DNA from: Vitrella brassicaformis CCMP3155
Taxonomy: Eukaryota > Protista > Chromerida
Direction of reading: 5' to 3'
DNA: 64,000 nt
Assembly: GCA_001179505.1 (NCBI GenBank)
Contig: CDMY01000275.1
Location: 434,001-498,000 of the forward strand
Part shown: in pieces, positions 36,547 through 48,659 of the stretch
How positions within the stretch are numbered: position 1 is the stretch's first letter
Layout: each line of letters opens with the position of its first letter
Made by a program: the position numbers and the translations under genes
The notes under the pieces: generated by a model
Told to the model about the DNA's origin: nothing
The model's input: only the letters and a program-made list of their open reading frames with translations
The model's database searches: none

Positions 36547-39500
36547 TCATGTCCATTCCCTCCCCTGCACGTGCTCCTCAGCCCCATTGGACGACAGATG
36601 CGGGTACAAACCACCACCACCACCCACACCCACACCCCTGCCGTCATACTCCTGCCCACTCCCGCTCAGTGTCCCACCACCACCAGCCGGCCGCCGCCGC
36701 CTGTCGGGCTCGTCGCTGTTTGCCGCCGGCGGTGCTGTTTGTGGGAATGGGTTTGTGATGACCGGCCTGGCGATGTGCCACGTCAGGGATGCGGCCGGGT
36801 ATCGATGGCCGCCGGGGGTGGTGGCCTCGGACACGTGGTAGGGTGGCGGCGGCTCGGCAAAGGAGTTGTGCTCCAGTGAATCCCGGGGGGTCGACCTGCA
36901 CGTAGGGATCGGATCGCATACATCACATCGGTGGATTGGATGGGATGAACGAACGGGTGGGTGGATTGATGGGCTGGCTGGGCGTAAAGGCCAGACGTGA
37001 CGTACGTGTGGTTTTGTGTTGTGTGTTGGTTGGTATGTATGTGTGTCCTGACTGTACCCTAGGTACCTGGCGGCAGAGCTGAGTTCGGAGGATGGTGTGA
37101 GTGGGGTGAGCTCAGAGAGGAGGGCGACCACAGCGGCGAGGGAGCCCATGCGATGATACGCATACTGGATGCGAAGCACCACAACACAAACACACCCACA
37201 CCACACCACACCACAGCACAGCACAGCACAGGGACACGCATCACATCAGTCCCGCTGCAGTGGGACCACCACGGCTGGCTGGGACTTCTTGGCATGCCTA
37301 CCAGTTTGCGTATCGCCCGTTCGGTGTCGCCGAGTGCGTCCATGTGGGCGTAGGTGTACTGCTTCCACGGCGGACACCGACCAGGATGCTCTCTGAATGA
37401 AACCATCACATCCACACACACACACACAGACAGACAGATACACACGTGGGTTGTGAGTGATTGATCGCGACCGTCATTGGCTGGCTGCTCACTCACCCGA
37501 AGGGGTCAGGTCTGTTGGCCGACAGTGACGCCCTGAGCGGCGTCGAGACGCCGTCCTCTGATATGCTGCCGGCGTCATAGTTGCGCTTGTAGTCGGTGTA
37601 CTCGCACACCAACATGCCACACCTGCATCCCATCCACGCGAACCATAATCCCCCCCCCACACATCCATGGATTGGATTGCGTGTGCTCATGCCATGCCCC
37701 TGTCTCTCGTCCAATTTCCTCACTCACCAGACGTTCATCATGACGGGCCGCACCACCGCCGGCAGCGGCTTGTGCCGCGGCAGGGGCGACGCGAAGTAAA
37801 ACATCGAACGAGCATCGTCGGGGAAACTCTGTCCATTGCAATAATTGACGGAAACAAACAAACAAACCACACGCCATGCCATGCCATGCCATGCACCCGA
37901 TTCTTTCGCATGCCCGTCCAGCCCAGGTGAGGTGCGGTGCCTCCCTCACCCGCACAGTGGCTGTCCTGTCCCTGACGAGGTGAGCGATGTCCGACGAGTG
38001 GCTTGGTCTAACTGCCGCTGGGTCGGGGTACGCTGGCGCGCCGTTGTTGACGGCCAGGCCCATGGGGGCACTCATGGGCTTGGGGGGATGGGACGGCACC
38101 AGCGGGGCATAGTAAGACGCTAGCGTGCTGACAGACAGAGGGCAGACACACACACACCAGACAGATAAACCAGAGAGGGAGGGATGCCGATGGCCATCCT
38201 GTGCGGACCATTCTGTCTGTGTGTGTGTGTGTGTGTGTGTAACGTGAGGATTCGCGCACCCATGCTCTTCGAAGTACGAGTCGGGGGGAAACACTAAAGA
38301 CAGACAGACAGAAGCGCCGCCACGATCCTTCCATCCAGCCACAGCTTGATCGGTGTGTTGCATTTCTCTCTCACCGTATTCAGCAGCGAGGCCGTTGGCC
38401 GGGTCGAGCCGGTAGAAGCCAGCACCAACCAACACTGATGGATCCACAGGCGCAATGCACAAACAACGGAACACGGGCATGGCATGATCCGATCCCCACC
38501 CAACACAACCCACACCTCGCTCGCCAGTATCTATCAGTCATGCGATGCGTTTGGTGTTTGCTCACCGATGGTGTAGCACAAGCCCTGCACCCACTGCGGC
38601 AGCTCGCCAGGGTTGCCCTCAAGCAGCACTGCACACACACACACACACATACACACATAGGTGTGCATGGCCATCACTCAACACAGGGATCACTTCGTCG
38701 TGCGTGTACTGTCCTGTGCAGTGTGGGTGAGCCGACCCGCAAAGTAGGTCCCGAACATGGCTTGGAATGGTTTGAGTGCAAAGAGGGTGAACACGGCGGT
38801 GGGGATACTCAACACACCCACCATGGCCACCGGATACGTGCTCTGCACCACAGACACGCACACACACAGGCAGAGAAATAAACGGATGGACACCCACCCA
38901 TCCCACCGCAAGTGAGTGGTCTGATCCCATCCCCCATGCAGTGTGGCGTGATGGATGTACCTTACCCACCTGTCTGACCATACAGATCTGTGCCATCTGT
39001 GCCCCAATGGTGAACACCGCCAGCAAACCCAAATACAACGCTGGCACGGCACGTGGGGTGGGTGCGGTGAGCACACAGTGAGCCGAAGGAAGGTCGTGCT
39101 TCGTGTTGTGGGTGTATGTGAGGTCCTCACTCTATCTACCTGCTGTTGAGCAGTAATTGGCGTCGGTGGTGATGCCTGTGGCTGCCGGCTCGCGGAAGCT
39201 CCCCAGCGGCTGCAGATTCAACCCGCCTGAACACACACACACACGCGCACACACGCACTGCAGTGAGTACAAACAAATGGTGACGTGTATCTGGCTGACG
39301 TACATATGACGAATTCCACGAGTGCCCTCCAGAGTTGACTCGGGGCGATGTTGTTGACACCTGAAGACACACACAGCACGGCGTCAATCATATCATGGAT
39401 ATGATCGGCCCATCTATCTACTCATGTGCTGTGTGTGTTTGTTGTAGCGGTCGGTCCTCTGCCTGCCCCCGTGTGTTGTGTGTGTTGTGTACCTACCTCT

Positions 39501-40606
39501 GATGCAGTTTAGAGGAACGAAGAGTAGTGACCAGAGGCACTGGTACATGGTGCAGTAGAACAGCATGTAGAACACATTCAGACGCCGGATGATGTAACAC
39601 TGTTGCTGAATGTTCGCAATGAATGCAATACACACACCACACAATACCAACACATACGCACGTCAGTCACGTCACACGACGCGCAGTGAGTGTAACAGAC
39701 ACCACACCAGAGCTCTGCCCAGTGCAGTCAGTGCATTCGTGTGTCTGTCTGTGTGTGTGGAGTGAGTGGCCAGCTGTGTGCACTGACTGCATTGCATGCC
39801 ATGGCTGACCTACCTGAATGATGGCGGAGAGGGCGAGTGGGATCTGTGCCAGCAGGAAGGTCGTGTACCACCAGATCTGGGTCACGGTCGCGTCACTGGA
39901 GTACAGGAAATACGCCGACATGTGAAACAGGGAACCCTGCAACCGCACCGCAACACCACACACACACAAGGACATTGATTGCGTCTCACGGCACAAGTAC
40001 AAGTGGGCGTCTGTCTGTCTGCCCACGTACGTACCACGATGATCATGGCGGTGCCGCCGAGGGCCTTCTTGGAAAAGACACGGCCCACCGACAGGTCAGC
40101 CGAGATGGTGAATGCCACCACGAACGGGATGATGGTGTGCGAGAGGGACGCCTGCAGCGTCAGCGGCGTCGCATTGAACGCAAAAAACTCTATCTGAATG
40201 CAGGACAGACACATCACATGCACAACATACATAACGGCAAACACACACATCTCCATGGATCGATGCCATCACGCGTGTGTGTGGGCCGGGTGGTGGTTGT
40301 CTGTTCTGCCTGCCTGACCACTCTGCTGGTAGCATTGCAGAATCCGATGACGACGAAGCTCCGCTGCAACGTCCTGCTGCGGACCTCAGGGAGGAAGCCC
40401 TGGTGGAACAGACGGCCGGTGAGGAGAAAGATCCCATAGAAGGGCAGACTGATGAACGACAGCACCAGCACCAAGAAGTTGGTCTGCGTCCCGAACACAC
40501 GCGCCGACGCCTTAAGGAAGATGACTTGCCCCATGGACAGCACCACTGTGGCGAGGACCCATAAGGCCGTCACGGTGCCCTGCTTGATCTCCGTCACCAA
40601 CACCAT
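36547..40606 (-). CDS. Multi-pass DMT-superfamily transporter, CRT-like, with a long hydrophilic C-terminal tail
   Basis: About 10 hydrophobic segments over many exons (ALWVLATVVLSMGQVIFLK; LQASLSHTIIPFVVAF; WWYTTFLLAQIPLALSAIIQ; LNVFYMLFYCTMYQ; LCYTIG|SVLVGAGFY), then Pro/Ser-rich exons. CRT-like call is by recalled pattern only. Confidence 0.6.
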
Positions 40607-40713
40607 GGTTGTCAAAGCTGTGTTTCTACAGATCTAGGCCCAAGCTCGACACGCTGGTTCCTTGGAGCCACGCGGACCGCACGCGCATGAAAAGGAGAGG
40701 AGAGAGGGATGCC

Positions 40714-40754
40714 GCGAGCTAAGCTCGAGGAGGGAGGGTGCTCCGTGAAACCGC
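40714..40754. promoter_or_regulatory. Candidate bidirectional promoter core carrying both recurrent 12-mers
   Basis: GCGAGCTAAGCT (40714-40725) and CCGTGAAACCGC (40743-40754) sit in the 201-bp gap between the CRT-like and HIS7 start codons. Both recur upstream of other genes. Confidence 0.55.
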
Positions 40755-40807
40755 TGCCACCGGAGTCCGGGAAGGAGCGCTGCGTCCGTTCAAAAGGCCT
40801 GCCTGCA

Positions 40808-42810
40808 ATGGGCTTGTACGTCCTCGATTACGGCGCCGGCAACGTGCGCAGCGTGTTCAATGCTCTCGGCAAGTTCGGTTTTGAGTACCGCATCGTCGAG
40901 AAGCCTGATGACATCCTGGAGGCCACGCAGCTCATCTTCCCTGGCGTGGGAGCCTTCGGCAAGGCGATGGAGGTGCTGCAAAAGAAGGGCTATGCGGCGC
41001 CGCTGAAGCAGTACATCGACAGCGGCAGGCCCTTCCTGGGCATCTGCATCGGCCTGCAGTGCCTCTGTGAGGGCAGCGAAGAGTCACCCGGTAGGTACCT
41101 ATGTGCACGGACGGCTCATGGCACTAGCTGCACTGGCTGCGAGAGAGAAAGAGATCAGATCTGTGTGTCATCTGTGCCGGCTGGCTGCAGGTGTGGAGGG
41201 TCTCGGCATCATCAAGACCACTGTGAGGAAGTTCAAGACAAACGCATCGGTTCCCCAAATAGGCTGGAACACTCTCACATTCCACCGGCAGGGCGGCCTC
41301 ATACCCGCACCCCCTCCCTCTTCGGCCTCGGTGAAGGACCCCCGCTACTACTTCGTCCACTCATTCCACCTGGACGTCAACGAGGCCACCGAGCCCTGGC
41401 TGCTGGCCTCGTCCACATATGGAGGGGTGCCCTTCGTCAGTGCGGTGCAGCGGGGAGCGGTCATCGCCACACAGTTCCATCCAGAGAAGTCGGGCTCGCT
41501 GGGGCTGGAGATCTTCAGGGCATTCGTCGAGGGCACGGCACCGGCCAAGATAGACAGCCTGACGACTCTCGTCGACTGCCCGGTGACATCTAGTGGTGGC
41601 CACGCGATGAACAATGGTGCGGGGGCTGGGTGTGGTGGCGAGTTGGCGAAGCGTATCATCGCATGTTTGGATGTGCGGACCAATGACGAGGGTGATCTGG
41701 TGGTCACCAAGGGCGACCAGTATGACGTCAGGGAGGAGGGCAGCGTCAGAAATCTCGGTGAGTGAGTGAGTGAGTGTGATACGCAATGAATGAGCGAAAC
41801 AGAACCATTGATATCAATGACCATTCTGTATCTGTTTGTGTCCGTCCAATGAATGTGTACGAGTGCACTGCAGGCAAGCCGGTGGCATTGGCTCAGCGTT
41901 ACTATGAGGAGGGCGCCGACGAGGTGACCTTCCTCAACATCACCTCATTCCGCAACTCGCCACTCGCCGACCTGCCCATGCTGCAAGTGCTCAAGAGGAC
42001 ATCCAAAGAGGTCGGTCAGCATCCAGAAGAATCCAAGACGACATGACATCGCGTCGCACCACACGGCGTGTTTTGCGTCTAATGTCTTGCTTGCTTCAGG
42101 TGTTTGTGCCGCTGACGATAGGTGGCGGCATCCGTGACTTCACGGACCCAGACGGCACCTATCACTCGGCCCTTGAGGTGGCCGGCGAGTACTTCCGGTC
42201 AGGTGCCGACAAGGTGTCAATCGGCAGCGACGCCGTATACGCCGCTGAGGAGTACATCCAGCACCAGCACCACCAGGGCAAGCCACCACCATCCAAGGCC
42301 AGCCAGCCGTCATCCATTGCGCAGATAGCCGAGGTGTACGGCAGCCAGGCGGTCGTCATATCCGTCGACCCCCGACGCGTCTACGTCTCGTCTCCAGGCA
42401 GCACCACACACAAGACCATCGAGACCAAGTTCCCCGGCCCAGCTGGCGACAGACACGTGTGGTACCAGTGCACCGTCAAGGGCGGCCGGGAGGGACGAGA
42501 CCTCGGCGTCTATGAGCTGGTGCGGGCGTGCGAGGCGATGGGTGCCGGCGAGATCCTGCTCAACTGCATCGACAAGGACGGCACCAACTCTGGTTTCGAC
42601 CTCGAGCTCATAGCGATGGTGCGCGAGGCCGTGTCGATCCCGGTCATCGCGTCGTCGGGCGCAGGGAGGGCGGAGCACTTCGCTGAGGTGTTTGAGGCGA
42701 CTGGTGCCGAGGCGGCGTTGGCAGCGGGTATCTTTCACAGGGGGGAGGTGGGCATAGGGGAGGTCAAACGGCACCTCAGGGACAGGGGATTCGGTGTCAG
42801 GAATGCCTGA
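40808..42810 (+). CDS. HIS7: Bifunctional imidazole glycerol phosphate synthase (HisH-HisF fusion)
   Basis: [24 protein letters not shown] (catalytic Cys), QFHPEKSG (His-Glu), [61 protein letters not shown]. Confidence 0.96.
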
Positions 42811-43300
42811 CGGACCTTATAATCTGCATGGTCCGCGTCCCGTTCGTGTGATGGATTGATTCAGTGTGCTGTGTGGGTCTGGCTGTTTTGTTTGATGAAT
42901 GCGCGAATAGGTGGAATAGGTGACTGACAAGACATGAATGAATGTGTCCAGTTTTGGCGACAGACAGACAGTGTTTGTGCCTGCTGAAATGGCCCTTCGT
43001 TCCTTCAACAACGTCGACATTGACCCATCGCTGCCTGCCGACATTCTATATCCTGCGAGCGCCTCATGTTTGACAATGATGACTTTCATGACATCCACAT
43101 GCCATGAATGAATGGGGATGCCCACTCCATCACGAGCAGAGGCCTCACATCAATCGACCAATCAAGCACAGAGTCTCCTGAGGCAAAAATCCAGGCCATT
43201 GCGCACGTGAACAAAATCCGCCGATGCTGCCTTCCCCTTGAGGTCTGTCTCCCTGGCTGCGATATCCCCTGCCCCCCGCCCCCCGCCCCTCTGTCGCCGT

Positions 43301-44908
43301 CTATGTTTCCCCCAGATTATGGTCACTCCACGTGGTATTCATGATGATCGGAAGCGCCTCTTCGTCGTCAAATTGCGCCTCCACGACCACCTTGCCATCC
43401 TGCTGTAGTGGCGACTCCTCGGCCGCCTGTGCCGTCACCGTCGATAGAATGGCCAGAAAGTGCTGTTTGGGTTTCGCCGCTGCCTCAGCAGCCGCTCTGC
43501 CCTTCCCCCCTTTCAGCAGCCGGCCTCTTGGCCCCGCTGATGGAGCGGCCAGACTCTTGCGAAGGCTCGATGGCCGCATGCTGCTGCTAGGCCCTCTTGC
43601 TGAGGTGGAAAGGACTTTGCCGACATGAAGACTGGTGTTGAGGTGCTTGAAGCGCTGGGAGATGGTCTCCAGTGGCATGTCGAGATGGACGGCGAGGTAG
43701 CGGATGCTGCGGGTGAAGTGCCTGAACTCCATGCCTTTAGTGAGTCTTTCAGCATGCTGGTTGAAGATATTTTGAAGGTCCTGCCGATTCAGATGATATC
43801 GATCCATCAAGCCTACATCCTTCACCATCCTACGTACATGCCGAGACACGCGTCGCATGTATGGAATGTCCAACAATCTCTCTGTCTGTCTGTCTGTCTG
43901 TCCGTCTGTCTCGTTGTTCTGTCTCTCTGTCTTGTCCTTACCGTGTCCACCCTGCCAAGTGTAAGAGGGCGTCTGCTGCCGAGTAGTAGATGAAGAGCTG
44001 CTTCTGCTCCTTCTCCGCAAAGGGCCCCATGGCCCTCTGACCCTCGCTGTCGCCCTCACCGCTGACGTCTCCGGCCTCTGGGAGCTCTGTATACGATCTG
44101 CTGCGGCGCCTCACGTCAAGGAGGGCCTGTCTTTTCCTCTCTTCCTCCTCTGCATCGAGGTCGTCTCGCCACTGGGCATGGTGCTGCTTCACCATCTGGA
44201 AATCCTTGTAGCAGTAATCGAGCTCCTCCTGTAGACAGCCATACAGAAAGGGCGAGCTCGAGTGGGTGGGCCATGAATGCACGCACCTGGATGCGGCCCG
44301 ACAGTTTGTTGATCTCGTCTGCGTGTCCCGGGATGAAGGACGCTGCCGCATCCAGGCTCTCAACCAAGCGCTGGATGGCTTTTGGGGCCTTGAGCAGCTT
44401 CGATATCTGCTCCTTCGCCTCCTCCGTGTCTTCCTCTTGACTAAGCCTTTTCTCCTCCTCGCCGACTGCTGCCTGCAAAGAACGCATAGACAAAAGAAAA
44501 TGCATTGATGCGCCGACCGACACACGAGAGAGACTGCACTGCCGTCCTTCCGCCACCCATCCACCCACCCACACCCCTCTACGGACCTTTGTGGGTTCCG
44601 CGTCCTCAAGTTCGTCTTCATCGTCTTCATCGGGCACGGGTGTGGGGGCGAGCATCTTGCTCTTGGCCTTCTTGAGGAGGGTCTGGCTCTTCGCCAGCAG
44701 CTGGGCCATCATGCGTTCATGTCTTTCCTGCACGGTGTGAAGTGACAAACCCGCACATCCATGTGGATCAGCAGAGAGCAATGGAGAAAGGAAGACGATG
44801 CATTCATTCACGTGAGTTCACCTGGTCCCTCTCCAGAGTCTGCAGACTGGCCTGGAGCTCAGCTTGTAGCTCTGCCCCGAGGCGAACACCCACTGCGGGC
44901 GACTCCAT
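43301..44908 (-). CDS. Coiled-coil protein with a C-terminal TPPP/p25alpha-like domain
   Basis: Spliced LHLAGWTR|MVKDVGLMDRYHLNRQDLQNIFNQH..MEFRHFTRSIRYLA aligns by eye with the TPPP core (NWSKLCKDC.VID...TDVDIVF..I.FEQF..AL..LA). The N-terminal exons are Glu/Lys/Leu-rich helices. Confidence 0.6.
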
Positions 44909-45497
44909 GGAGAAGGGCAGCAGAGGGGAGCAGAGCTACCACAGGGGGCCGCCGCCTCACCTGACTGAGGAGCTGAGGTACCAGGTGCGGTTCAATGAGC
45001 TGGCAGGAAGGTCGCGGTTTCCTCTGAGCATGCTCGATGCCGCAGGCATGCCACCAAGGTGCTCAGCGAGGTGACCGGCAAGGTCATCTATCAACGGCAA
45101 CACATCTTGAATCGGGTTTTACGCTTGCCCTATTCCAGCGCGTAACAAAGAAAGGTCCGGACGGAATTTGAGGGAAATAACAGCGAGTGTGTGTGATTAT
45201 AGTCTATAGCGTCGAAACAGCCTACACTTAGCGTCTTGAGGGTGCTCCCGCAGCAGCTGTCGAACGTCTCCCTCGGTTTTGTGGTCGTCGGAGAGGGTAG
45301 GTGTCCTTGCTGTGTTGCTGCGTGTGATGGACACGAGCGGGCCGGGTGCGTTGTATGGAGAGGGTGCTGCTGCGTTTGCGGGCCTCCAAGAGCAGGTGAG
45401 ACACGACTGAGATGTGTCATCAAGGAATGCACACTTGTCGTGTTCTGTGTTGCCCTTTCAGGCTGGCGGGCTGCGCCTCAGCCACGCCAACCTCTTC

Positions 45498-47202
45498 ATG
45501 GACGCCGGGAAGCTCCTGCAGTCCTCTGCGAGCGCCTCCGCGGGCGTGGACGGCGCGCAGGACGGCACGCCGACGGACTCCTGGGTAGGTCGCATGAATC
45601 GAGAGCTGTGGTCGATAGAGGGCACCATGTGGGAGATACGGCGGTCCATGCTTAACGTGGCGCTTGGGGGAGAGCAGGGGAACGAGCTGGACTCGCAGAG
45701 GCTGGCGTCGCTCGAGAACCTGAGGCGCAACATGCAGGATGCACTCGCTGCCTTCAAGAATGTAAGTCGAAACAGTGAGATGGATGGATGGCCTGGAGGA
45801 AGGCAGGCAGGCAGGCAGAGAGACGGATCGGCAGTGCTGCTCTCATACATGGTGCTGTCTGGCTGTGTGCTGCCTGTTGTGTGTGTGGCAGGAGCTTCCT
45901 TTGTTGCCCCAGCAGGAGTCCACGCCCGTCACCGAGCCCAACGGCAGCTCCCCTGCCCAGCTCGGCGCCATCGACGGCAAGCGCGGCCGCCACCCCATCC
46001 TCAAGCAGGAGGAACTCTCGCCAGGCGCCGCAGACACGGCCGCAGCGGCAGCAGCCTTAGGCATGCACCCCATACCCATGGCCTTGGACGCATCGCACCA
46101 CCAGCAGCAGCAGGAGGGCGAGGAGGGGGCGGACGGGCAGGCGACGGGCAAGGCGGCGGGTGGCACCAGGCGCAGCAAGCGCCGCAGGAAGGCGTCGGTG
46201 ACCCCCATGGTCGCTGAGGAGCAGCCTGAGGAGCAGCATGACGAGCAGCAGCACAACCCCCCTGCCCTCCCCGAGCACCCCCAGGTGACAGATTTCCCCT
46301 TCCCCCACTTCCCCCTCCCCATCGACACGGGCGTCAGTCCGATGAACGTCAACGGCTTCCCCTACGCCCCCTTCCCGGCCATCCCCGGCGGCACTTCATC
46401 GGCCGACGACACCGTCAGTGAGCGGAGCAAGAAGGCCGCCACCAATGCATCCGGCAAAGGTGGCAAGGGGGGCACTGGGACCCGCCGCCCCCGGCGCGAG
46501 ATCTCAGTGGGTGACAAGCTCAAGGCGCTGGAGCAGCTGGAGAAGGGCACCCCGGCCACGCAGGTGTGCAAGGACTTCGGCATGTCGTCGCGCACCCTGT
46601 GGAAGTGGTGGGAGAAGCGGGAGCTGCTGGCGTCCACCTATGCCCTCGGCCGCACTGAGAAGAAGCGGCTGTCGGGCGGCGGGCGGAAGCGTCGCTTCCC
46701 CGAGCTGGAGGAGGAGGTGCGTCGTGAGGTCTGGAAGCGGCAGCAGAGTGGTATGTATGCCTTCACGAAAGAAGCACCATCTCTCACACAGCCGCACACC
46801 CCCCTCTTTCTCTGTCTGTCTGTCTGTCTGTCTGCAGGCGAGAAGGTGACATTTCCCGAGGCCCAGAAGATCGCATCGGCCGTCCGCCGGGAGCGCTTCC
46901 CCAACCTGGACTTCGAGCCCAACCAGCGGTGGCTGCGCATCATCTTCAACCGGCAGCACGAGAACTGGGAGCAGATATGCGCACGGGCCTACAGCAGCGC
47001 ACAGGTCGACCAGCCACAGCTCGATGACGGCGACGACCCAGCCAAGGCCGCGGCTGCAGCTGCTGCGGCCGCCATGGCCTACACCATGTCGGCCGATCTG
47101 GCTGTACCCATCAAATTCGAGGAGGATGCGGGTGAAGTGGCGGTGGCCGGTGGTGGTGGTGGGGAGGGGCAGGAGGAGGACAAGGCCCTCGAGGCAGAGT
47201 AG
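45498..47202 (+). CDS. Protein with tandem psq-type and CENP-B-type HTH motifs (pogo/Tigger DNA-binding module), no DDE domain; an upstream exon is possible
   Basis: ISVGDKLKALEQLEKGTPATQVCKDFGMSSRTLWKW..RKRRFPELEEEV..|GEKVTF..IAS..F..NQRWL..F at about 46490-46960. Three exons, with a low-complexity N-terminal part. Confidence 0.75.
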
Positions 47203-47580
47203 GGGACAGACGTTGGAGGGACGGAGGGAGGGAGGGAGGGGAGGGGATGCAATGTAATGCAATGCATGGGTATATGCAGCGATTGTGGAAGGGCTTTGCT
47301 GCAGTGGGTGGGGTGGGGTGGTATGGGGGAGTGAGTGATTGGGGGAGTGGGTTGGGTGAGTGATATATGCAGGGACGGACGGGAGGGGCTGGGCAAGGTC
47401 CACATGTGGGTGGATGTGAAATGAGCCAAGGTTGTGTGTTGCCCCGCTGTCCCACTGCCCGCCCCCTTTTTTCTTCTATATATGGCAGCGGTGAGGTGAG
47501 AGGGTCTTCATGCCCTCAACGAGAGCGTTTTTCTCCCTTCCTTGCCGGCACACTACACTGGTGGTGGGGTGGGTCGTTTC

Positions 47581-47676
47581 ACACCGCAAACCATTCTCGT
47601 TCCTCGAGCAGGCTGAGCCCGTTCCTCGAGCAGGCTGAGCCTCAGCCTGCTCGGGGAACTTTGAATGGTGCGGTGT
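47581..47676. repeat. Long inverted repeat (hairpin) with an internally duplicated arm
   Basis: GTTCCTCGAGCAGGCTGAG occurs twice (47599-47617, 47621-47639), followed by the inverted CTCAGCCTGCTCGGGGAAC (47641-47659). Outer stem ACACCGC..ACCATTC / GAATGGT GCGGTGT. Confidence 0.85.
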
Positions 47677-48659
47677 CAAGATAGCTCCCCGGCAGTGCAG
47701 TCATCGATTTGGATGGGAGGGCGTGCTGCTTTTGCCAGCCACGACAGGTGCGTGCCTCTCTGCCTCTCTGCCTGCCTGCCTGCAGCTGTCGATCATCTCA
47801 TCCTTGTACGTAAGAGTAAGTTTATATGGTGGCTTTCCGTCATACACGCCTGCCTGCACAGCCTCATGGTGGCCGGCTCTCGCTCATGCCCCGTGAGTCG
47901 CGTGCACCCCACGGCACCGGTGTGGCGGCGAATTCATAATCCCCTCCCTCTGTGTGTATGTGTGGCATGTGTGTGCTGCATCCATCCATCCATCCGTGCC
48001 ATGCCATGCATTAACGAGGAGGTTTTCCCGACTCCCTGCCGAGGTTTCCTCGGCGGGGCCGCCTGCCTTTCGTCATCCGTCTTAATTAGCTGACACCGTG
48101 CGTGAATGTCGATGGGGTGACGAGTGGATGAATGGCTGCAACAGCTCATGGACACGCTGGGTGGGGGAAGACAATAGAATATATGGCGTCAAGACAATGT
48201 TGATGTGGGCGGCATGGCGGCATGGCATCGTTGAGGTTGAGCATTTCACCAAACAGCGCAAATGCACACATGCACATCAAGTCATTCCGTCCGCACAGCA
48301 CCATTGTGCCGAAACAGACAGATCGACACACAGAGAAAGACTCAACACCACACACACACACTGAATTATCCACCAGCCCACCGACCCCCAGCAGGTTGCT
48401 TGCAAGAAAGTTACTGTCGAAGATAGCGCTACATGATGTATGCGGGAAACATACATACCGAGAGAGGAGGATGAAGGAAAAAAGGTGGTGAAAACCTGCA
48501 CAGCACACGACATGACATGACATGGCGTGACAGACCTACACCACACCCTCGGTTCAATCGATCGGCGACAGACAGACACTGACATACATATCACATCAAT
48601 CAATCGATCGGGGAGGACGAAAAAAGAAACTCAGCGACGCAAAATGAGTAGGTCTACAC

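Noticed and set aside
45498-47202. Active pogo/Tigger transposon
   Set aside because: No DDE catalytic domain, TIRs or target-site duplication seen; the gene has introns and an unrelated N-terminus.
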